Origin: Campylobacterota bacterium
GTDB lineage: Bacteria; Campylobacterota; Campylobacteria; Campylobacterales; Sulfurimonadaceae
Direction of reading: 5' to 3'
Assembly: GCA_034717975.1 (NCBI GenBank)
Contig: JAYEMF010000035.1
Location: 1-12,791 of the forward strand
DNA length: 12,791 bases
The notes under the pieces: model-generated
What the model saw: only the letters and a program-made list of their open reading frames with translations
The model's database searches: none
Told to the model about the DNA's origin: nothing
Shown here: positions 7,134 through 12,791 of the stretch, piece after piece
Layout of the letters: each line of letters opens with the position of its first letter
How positions within the stretch are numbered: position 1 is the first letter of the stretch
Made by a program: the position numbers and the translations under genes

Positions 7134-8311
7134 AAATTCTAGTGCTCAACTCCGGCAGCTCTTCGATAAAATTTCAGCTCTTTGAGATGGAAGATGAACG
7201 TGTTCTGGCATCGGGACTGATCGAGCAGATCGGTGAAATCAGCGGGCGTGCGACACTTAAAAGCAGTGATGCAGAACCGGTCACCAAAGTGTGTGGTATT
7301 ACTGATCATCAGGTTGGTTTAGAGATGATGCAGGAGATGTTAAAAGAGGCCGGTTTCGGTTCGTTCGATGCAATCGGACACCGTGTCGTTCATGGCGGTG
7401 AGGTATTTCACGTACCCACACTTATTGATGATGAAGTCTTGCAGGTGATTGAAGGACTCTCGCCGCTTGCCCCCTTACACAATCCGGCCAATGCTGCCGG
7501 TATTCGTGTAGCAAAAAGTGTTAATCCAACGCTTCCTCAGGTCGCAGTTTTTGATACGGCTTTTCATCAGACGCTTCCCAAACACGCTTATTTATATGCA
7601 CTGCCGTATGAACTGTATGAGAAGGCAGATATCCGTCGCTACGGCTTTCATGGAACATCCCACGCTTTTGTCGCTCAAAGTGCAGCGGAGTATCTCAATC
7701 AACCGCCGGAGTCACTGAATCTCATCACTTTGCATCTGGGCAACGGTGCGAGTGCAACAGCCATCAAAGCTGGAAAAAGCATTGATACTTCGATGGGCAT
7801 GACACCGCTTGAAGGGCTGGTGATGGGAACACGCAGCGGTGATCTTGATCCGGCAATCCTGTTTTATCTTGCCCGTAAATATGGGATGAGTATTGATGAA
7901 CTTGATCAGCTTTTGAACAAGCAAAGCGGCTTGAAGGGGATCAGCGGGAAAAACGATCTGCGCAGTGTCACTGAAGCGGCGGCATCGGGAGATGAACAGG
8001 CCAAAACGGCTATGGCGATGATGGGTTACCGCATCAAGAAATATATAGGTGCCTATACGGCAGCTTTGGGACGCGTAGATGCTATTGTCTTCACCGGAGG
8101 GATAGGTGAACATTCGGTTGAGATGAGAAATCTTGCCTGTGAGGGGTTGTCTGATGGGCTTGGGATTATGCTTGATCCGGATAAAAACAGTGCCTATAAG
8201 CGTGGTGTCATGGAGCTTCATTCTGATCAGAGCCGAGTGAAAGTACTGGTGGTGCCGACCAACGAGGAGCTTGAAATCGCGCGTCAGACAAAAATGATGA
8301 TCACATCATGA
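7130..8311 (+). CDS. ackA: Acetate kinase, 393 aa
   Basis: [73 protein letters not shown] and TNEE. ATGA overlap with pta. Confidence 0.98.
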   Translation: MKILVLNSGSSSIKFQLFEMEDERVLASGLIEQIGEISGRATLKSSDAEPVTKVCGITDHQVGLEMMQEMLKEAGFGSFDAIGHRVVHGGEVFHVPTLIDDEVLQVIEGLSPLAPLHNPANAAGIRVAKSVNPTLPQVAVFDTAFHQTLPKHAYLYALPYELYEKADIRRYGFHGTSHAFVAQSAAEYLNQPPESLNLITLHLGNGASATAIKAGKSIDTSMGMTPLEGLVMGTRSGDLDPAILFYLARKYGMSIDELDQLLNKQSGLKGISGKNDLRSVTEAAASGDEQAKTAMAMMGYRIKKYIGAYTAALGRVDAIVFTGGIGEHSVEMRNLACEGLSDGLGIMLDPDKNSAYKRGVMELHSDQSRVKVLVVPTNEELEIARQTKMMITS

Positions 8312-8757
8312 AGTGCCCATGCGGTTCCGGTCAGCCGTTTGAACTCTGCTGCGGCAGGTTCATTAACGGGAGTGCAAAAGCAGCCACGCCACTGGAACTG
8401 ATGCGCTCTCGTTACAGTGCCTATGCAACCGGAGCAGGTGCTTACCTGGTAGAGACGACTACGTGTGAAAACCGTTATGAGGGAGATGCAGAACTTATCG
8501 GCGAATTTGCCCGGAAAAGTGACTGGATCAAACTCGAGATCGTCGATGAAGCCACCGAGGATGAGACGGGAATGGTCGAGTTCAAAGCGTATTACCGTGA
8601 AAACGGTGAGATCAGACTCCATCATGAAAAGAGCCTTTTTCTGAAAGAGGAGGGGGAGTGGCGTTACGATCAGGGAACACTGTTCGAGACGAAAATAGGG
8701 CGTAATGAAGCCTGCCCGTGTGGCAGCGGGAAGAAATATAAACGCTGTTGCGGCTAA
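8308..8757 (+). CDS. ychJ: YchJ family protein with SEC-C metal-binding motifs at both ends, 149 aa
   Basis: N-terminal [31 protein letters not shown] and W.Y..G. C-terminal [22 protein letters not shown] overlap with ackA. Confidence 0.93.
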   Translation: MKCPCGSGQPFELCCGRFINGSAKAATPLELMRSRYSAYATGAGAYLVETTTCENRYEGDAELIGEFARKSDWIKLEIVDEATEDETGMVEFKAYYRENGEIRLHHEKSLFLKEEGEWRYDQGTLFETKIGRNEACPCGSGKKYKRCCG

Positions 8758-8760
8758 TTA

Positions 8761-8844
8761 GGAAAGAGGGAAGGGGAAAGCGTGAAGAGGAGAGAGGGGA
8801 GAGTAATAACATGGCTTGGGGAAGTGAAAAGAGAAAGGGGAGAT
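8761..8844 (+). repeat. Degenerate purine-rich heptamer tandem array
   Basis: GGAAAGA GGGAAGG GGAAAGC GTGAAGA GGAGAGA GGGGAGA GTAATAA CATGGCT TGGGGAA GTGAAAA GAGAAAG GGGAGAT. Ten of the 12 units start with G in one register. Confidence 0.65.
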
Positions 8845-10045
8845 GATGTGGAAACTGTTCGATAAAACCAAAATCCTCAAGAGTGATCTGCTCTCCTTTA
8901 AAAATGAACCGCTTTCCGGACTCTCTGTCCTCTTACTGATCGTTCTGGATATCTTTATCTTCTCCAATGTGATGGTCGGCATTGAGGGTGAAACGGCCAA
9001 ATCACCTAGCCACTATGTTTATTACCCGAGTAGCTGCAGTAACCATTTTGATGCACCAAAAACAAGTTACAGCGGATTTGGTGATGTTGTACGTTACCGT
9101 AAATATACTTTTGAAGAGCAGGTCAGTCCGCACTGCGAAGAACTGCGTCAGAAGATCAGCCGATTCAGCCAGACAGCTCACTTTAAAGAGCGTCTCAAAA
9201 GTATCCGTGCCATTGATGATAAACTGACGCAAAATAACAAACGTCTCAGGGTGATATCCCAGCAGTACAACACCCGGCTCTTTGAACGAATCGCCCTGAT
9301 GCCGAACAATCATGCCCTGCGCAGTGCAAAAGATGAGTATGAAGCGCTTAATTCAGACAATAAAAAACTAAATGAGAAAAAAGCGGCTATCCCCTCAGTG
9401 ACAACGCTGGATGGTTACCGTGAATATCGTGATTATGTGGTGAGGAATAAAGCGGCGTTCAAAGTGGCAAAAGAGTCTTATGAGTTTTGGCAGCCTTTCA
9501 GAGAGTTTGCTCATGTATTGACCTTTGTCCTGCCGCTGCTTCTTGTCTTTGGATTTTTCTATTATCGCAGCAAGCGTAAGGAGTTACGGGGTGAACACTA
9601 TAATCCGATTGTGAAGATCATAAGCACACACATTTCGCTGATCCTCGCACTTCCACTGATCTGGTACACCATCTATATTATCTACCATGTCATGCCAAAG
9701 ACTCTGCTGCGGCAGATCATCGACTACCTTGTCTCCGTCGGACTGCTCTCTATCCTGAACTATCTGGCTATTGCAGCGGTTGTCCTTGTGTTTGGCGTGC
9801 TCATCTATTTCATCCAAAAACGTACCATCAGGCACAAAAAAATCGGCAGTGAGAAGAACATTAAAAAGATTATTTCCTTTTCACAGTGTCCGCGCTGTAC
9901 TTTCAAAGTGGATTATTCAAAGCCGCATTGTCCGTTTTGCGGGGAGAAACTGTTGGATGCTTGTAAGTCATGCGGAGAGATGACGATCAGAGGACTTCCT
10001 TATTGCCAGCAGTGCGGGGAGTCATCCACGGTAAATCAAAACTAA
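8843..10045 (+). CDS. Multi-pass membrane protein with a large helical/coiled-coil loop and a C-terminal double zinc ribbon, 400 aa
   Basis: TM1 (LSVLLLIVLDIFIF), a long soluble loop with two Cys, three further TM segments, then four CxxC motifs (CPRC, CPFC, CKSC, CQQC). SD-like GGAG at 8839-8842 favours the second ATG at 8846. Confidence 0.85.
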   Translation: MMWKLFDKTKILKSDLLSFKNEPLSGLSVLLLIVLDIFIFSNVMVGIEGETAKSPSHYVYYPSSCSNHFDAPKTSYSGFGDVVRYRKYTFEEQVSPHCEELRQKISRFSQTAHFKERLKSIRAIDDKLTQNNKRLRVISQQYNTRLFERIALMPNNHALRSAKDEYEALNSDNKKLNEKKAAIPSVTTLDGYREYRDYVVRNKAAFKVAKESYEFWQPFREFAHVLTFVLPLLLVFGFFYYRSKRKELRGEHYNPIVKIISTHISLILALPLIWYTIYIIYHVMPKTLLRQIIDYLVSVGLLSILNYLAIAAVVLVFGVLIYFIQKRTIRHKKIGSEKNIKKIISFSQCPRCTFKVDYSKPHCPFCGEKLLDACKSCGEMTIRGLPYCQQCGESSTVNQN

Positions 10046-10069
10046 GATTTATATAAAATAGCGCATGCC

Positions 10070-10135
10070 GTCATTCCTGCGAAGGCAGGAATCTTGAGTA
10101 TTTGAGGCTTAGATTCCTGCCTTCGCAGGAATGAC
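10070..10135. repeat. 66-bp palindromic element: perfect 25-bp inverted repeat, each arm with an internal hairpin (dRS3/RPE-like)
   Basis: GTCATTCCTGCGAAGGCAGGAATCT (10070-10094), a 16-nt spacer, then AGATTCCTGCCTTCGCAGGAATGAC (10111-10135). Internal hairpin ATTCCTGC-GAAG-GCAGGAAT. Confidence 0.9.
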
Positions 10136-10213
10136 TGAGCGTACACCTTAAGCAGAGGTGAGTTTTGAATTACCATGGGAGTCATCTGAGTAGATATTTT
10201 AGTAATACTTTTC

Positions 10214-10222
10214 TGGTATAGT
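10214..10222 (+). promoter_or_regulatory. Extended -10 promoter TGgTATAGT for the pglG-like gene
   Basis: TG-n-TATAGT lies 30 nt upstream of the ATG at 10253. It is overlapped by a 6-bp inverted repeat AATACT/AGTATT (10204-10209 and 10220-10225). Confidence 0.5.
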
Positions 10223-10252
10223 ATTGATGATTTTAAATAAGGTCGGTTATTA

Positions 10253-11161
10253 ATGGTCGCATCAGATATTCAAAACTTTTCCGAAGGTCGTACAAAGGCG
10301 AGGGCCTATTTCTGTTATCTCTTTTCAAAAAATATTCCCAACCGGTTGCCATCACTCTCAGAAGAGATGATCATGCCCCGTCTTTTAAAGATCAAAGCTG
10401 ATCTTGAAAACTGTGAGGGTGTCTATCTTTTAGATACCCGCGGTGTTCAGATCACACCGACATTTACAGCAGACGGACAGATAGATGATGATGCCGGAAA
10501 GATCCGTGCAGACCGGGCTTACTACTATCGTGCGGTGCGCGAAGGGCGATGTACCATAACCGACCCTTATCCGTCACTCATAACGCAGGAGTTGACGGTA
10601 ACCGCTTCTCAGCCTATCTTTGATGAGAATGGCGATATTAAATATGTAGCCTGTCTGGATATGTCGCTTGATGAGGTTATAAAGATATCGCGTCAAAACA
10701 TTTTTGACATATTTTTCAGCAAGCTGTTCAAGTATTCGTATGCAGGCTTTTCACTGGCGCTTATTGCCGTGGCACTGCTGCTCTTTTTCAAGGGAGTACA
10801 GAGCTTTTTTATTCATGAGATAACACCTACACATTTTGAGATAAAAGATGTCTTTGAAGCGACGATCCTCCTGACACTGGCACTCGCTATTTTTGATCTG
10901 GCAAAGACATTAATAGAAGAGGAGGTGCTTGGCCGGCATAAAGAGCACAATATATCCGGACCGCATAAAACAATGGTCAGGTTTCTGGGTTCCATCATCA
11001 TCGCCCTGTCAATCGAAGCATTGATGTTAGTGTTTAAGTTTGCGATCACCGAGCCGGAGAAACTGATGTATGCGATGTTTATAGTCGGTGGTGTCTCGAT
11101 GCTGCTGATCAGTTTGGCCGTGTATATAAAATTTACAAAAGTGAGGAATGCAGAAGAGTAG
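10253..11161 (+). CDS. pglG: PglG-like protein: N-terminal Cache/PDC-type sensor domain plus about 4 C-terminal TM helices, 302 aa
   Basis: DIQ.F.E.R.KARAY..Y....N.PN.LP N-terminus as recalled for C. jejuni PglG. Cache motifs YLLD..G.Q, R.DRAYY..A, ITDPYPS, T.S.PI.D..G and CLD. C-terminal hydrophobic block (LTLALAIFDLAKT; RFLGSIIIALSIEALMLVFK). Confidence 0.8.
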   Translation: MVASDIQNFSEGRTKARAYFCYLFSKNIPNRLPSLSEEMIMPRLLKIKADLENCEGVYLLDTRGVQITPTFTADGQIDDDAGKIRADRAYYYRAVREGRCTITDPYPSLITQELTVTASQPIFDENGDIKYVACLDMSLDEVIKISRQNIFDIFFSKLFKYSYAGFSLALIAVALLLFFKGVQSFFIHEITPTHFEIKDVFEATILLTLALAIFDLAKTLIEEEVLGRHKEHNISGPHKTMVRFLGSIIIALSIEALMLVFKFAITEPEKLMYAMFIVGGVSMLLISLAVYIKFTKVRNAEE

Positions 11162-11173
11162 TTTTGCATCTTT

Positions 11174-11242
11174 AGAGGTGCCCTTTATCTCCTTGACACC
11201 AACCCTTCGATATAATCACGAAAATTAATAGAGGGCACCTCT
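11174..11242. repeat. 15-bp imperfect inverted repeat (AGAGGTGCCCTTTAT / ATAGAGGGCACCTCT) enclosing the ABC-F promoter
   Basis: Arms at 11174-11188 and 11228-11242 are complementary at 14 of 15 positions, with a perfect 11-bp core and a 39-nt spacer. A related copy, AGAGGCGCCCTT, lies at 2011-2022. Confidence 0.7.
11211..11216 (+). promoter_or_regulatory. sigma70 -10 box TATAAT for the ABC-F gene
   Basis: Perfect hexamer in a GaTATAAT context, 61 nt upstream of the ATG at 11278. Confidence 0.6.
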
Positions 11243-11277
11243 GACGCCTTCTAAACATCACAGAGAGAATTACAACT

Positions 11278-12791
11278 ATGGTACAAGTAACAAAATTAAC
11301 AATGCGATACGGCAGCCGTGTGCTGTTCAGCGAGATCAACCTCAAGCTCGACCGTCACAAACGTTACGGTCTTATCGGTGCAAACGGTGCGGGTAAAACG
11401 ACATTTCTGAAGATCTTAAGTGGTGAGATCAAAGAGTATGAGGGTGACATCTCTATTGAACCTGGCCTGAAGGTCGGTGTCCTTGGGCAAAATCAGTATG
11501 CTTTTGAAGAGTTCACTATCGCCGATGCCGTCTTGTTTGGGAACAAGCGCCTCTACGATGCGATCAAAGAGAAAGAGGAGCTTTACACTACGGGCGATTT
11601 TGAAGATGATGCCGTCAACAACCGCCTTGCAGAACTTGAGGTAGTCTGTGTTGAAGAAGATCCGACCTACGAGTATGATGTCAACATCACGAAAGTTCTT
11701 GAAAATGTCGGCATCCCGGCAGAAAAACATCATGACCTGATGTCGACACTCGACACCTCTGACAAATTCAAGGTCCTTCTGGCGCAGGTCCTCTACCCGA
11801 AACCCGATGTCCTCTTCCTCGATGAGCCTACCAATAACCTCGATATCGAAACGATCGGCTGGCTGGAAAATGAACTCAAACGTCATGAAGGTACCCTGGT
11901 CGTTATCTCGCATGACCGACACTTTATCAACTCGGTCGTTACGAACATTCTTGACGTTGACTATATGAAGATCCGTGAGTTTACGGGTACGTACGATGAC
12001 TGGTATATTGCGGCCAATGTCATGGCAAAACAGGCAGAGATGGACCGTGACAAAAAGATGAAAGAGAAAGAGCAGCTTGAAGCTTTCGTCCGCCGTTTCT
12101 CCGCCAATGCTTCCAAAGCCAAACAGGCAACATCCCGCCAGAAACAGCTGGATAAACTAAATATCGAAGATATCAAACCCTCATCCCGCCGTGACCCGAG
12201 CATTGTGTTCAAGGGGAAACGCCAGATGGGTGATGAAGCACTGGATGTCAATGTTTCTCATGACTATGGTGAAGGTGCTGTACTTACAGATTTCAACCTC
12301 CATGTAGAACCAGGTGAAAAGATCGCGCTGATCGGTGCCAACGGTGTCGGAAAATCGACACTGTGCAAGATCATCATGGAAGAGATGAAACCAAGCAGCG
12401 GAACGGTTAAGTGGGGTGCAACGGTAGAGCCGAGTTACTTCCCACAGGATACGACTGACCGAATCCAGAGCAGTGACACCCTGTATGAGTGGCTGCGTGC
12501 CTATGACCCGAAGCGTGAGATCGCCGAGATCCGTAACTGTCTGGGACGTATGCTCTTTAACGGTGAGCAGCAGGAGAAGAGTGCAACGAACATTTCCGGG
12601 GGTGAAAAACACCGTATGATGCTCTCTAAAATGATGCTTGAAAACGGTAATTTCCTCGTACTTGATGAACCGACCAACCACCTTGACCTTGAGGCCATTG
12701 TCGCTTTGGGTGAAGCGCTCTACAACTTTGATGGCAATGTGATCTGTGTCTCGCATGACCGTGAACTTCTCGATGCTTTTGCCGGTCGTAT
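11278..12791 (+). CDS. ABC-F family translation-factor ATPase (YbiT-like), 3'-truncated by the window edge
   Basis: Translated by hand from the ATG at 11278 (MVQVTKLTMRYG...). Walker A GANGAGKT and GANGVGKS, Walker B LFLDEPTNNLD and LVLDEPTNHLD, two SHDR motifs, linker FVRRFSANASKAKQATSR and signature ISGGEK. No TM segment, and open to the end of the window. Confidence 0.95.
   Translation, partial: MVQVTKLTMRYGSRVLFSEINLKLDRHKRYGLIGANGAGKTTFLKILSGEIKEYEGDISIEPGLKVGVLGQNQYAFEEFTIADAVLFGNKRLYDAIKEKEELYTTGDFEDDAVNNRLAELEVVCVEEDPTYEYDVNITKVLENVGIPAEKHHDLMSTLDTSDKFKVLLAQVLYPKPDVLFLDEPTNNLDIETIGWLENELKRHEGTLVVISHDRHFINSVVTNILDVDYMKIREFTGTYDDWYIAANVMAKQAEMDRDKKMKEKEQLEAFVRRFSANASKAKQATSRQKQLDKLNIEDIKPSSRRDPSIVFKGKRQMGDEALDVNVSHDYGEGAVLTDFNLHVEPGEKIALIGANGVGKSTLCKIIMEEMKPSSGTVKWGATVEPSYFPQDTTDRIQSSDTLYEWLRAYDPKREIAEIRNCLGRMLFNGEQQEKSATNISGGEKHRMMLSKMMLENGNFLVLDEPTNHLDLEAIVALGEALYNFDGNVICVSHDRELLDAFAGR

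Noticed and set aside
8758..9000. 80-aa minus-strand ORF crossing the purine array
   Set aside because: Its Pro/Ser/Phe-rich tail is just the translated pyrimidine strand, and it overlaps the zinc-ribbon gene antisense.
10070..10135. Palindrome as a CRISPR repeat or a classical intrinsic terminator
   Set aside because: There are only two copies, inverted, with a 16-nt spacer and no cas genes. There is no U-tract on either strand.
10144..10160. Small hairpin CACCT-N7-AGGTG, possible sRNA or riboswitch in the 10046-10252 gap
   Set aside because: A 5-bp stem is within chance expectation, and I recognise no RNA family motif.
11193..11216. Perfect TTGACA and TATAAT as a canonical -35/-10 pair
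   Set aside because: The spacer is only 12 nt (about 17 is needed), so only the -10 is reported.
11416..12756. Minus-strand ORFs at the right end (168, 96, 191 and 65 aa)
   Set aside because: They are antisense shadows of the plus-strand ABC-F gene, which the track missed because it has no stop codon in the window.

Overview
This window looks like ordinary, gene-dense chromosome from a free-living Campylobacterota (Sulfurimonas/Sulfurovum-like). The taxon is inferred from gene content and -10-dominated promoters. Left to right it encodes: a TonB-dependent-receptor-like outer-membrane barrel (-); a 157-aa all-helical protein co-transcribed with a stand-alone S4 RNA-binding protein (-); a 4-TM di-heme cytochrome b (+); a Cj0391c/FedB-like (DUF5610-type) protein with a sigma28-like -10 box (-); a single-TM orphan that is probably leaderless (-); an RRM protein (-); the coupled pta-ackA-ychJ operon (+); a membrane protein with a double zinc ribbon (+); a PglG-like Cache/PDC membrane protein (+); and a YbiT-like ABC-F ATPase that runs off the right edge and is absent from the ORF track. 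I found no rRNA, tRNA, CRISPR array, transposase or integrase. The most notable observation is that the 157-aa protein aligns by eye, end to end, with the all-alpha domain of DotL/IcmO/TrbC type IVB coupling proteins, yet it stands alone with no secretion genes nearby. The intergenic spaces also hold several distinct repeat structures: a perfect 25-bp nested inverted repeat, a 7-nt-periodic purine array, a GTAG-led REP-like hairpin between two stop-codon hairpins, and an AGAGGYGCCCT motif beside promoters. All family assignments come from motif recognition and memory, not from database searches.
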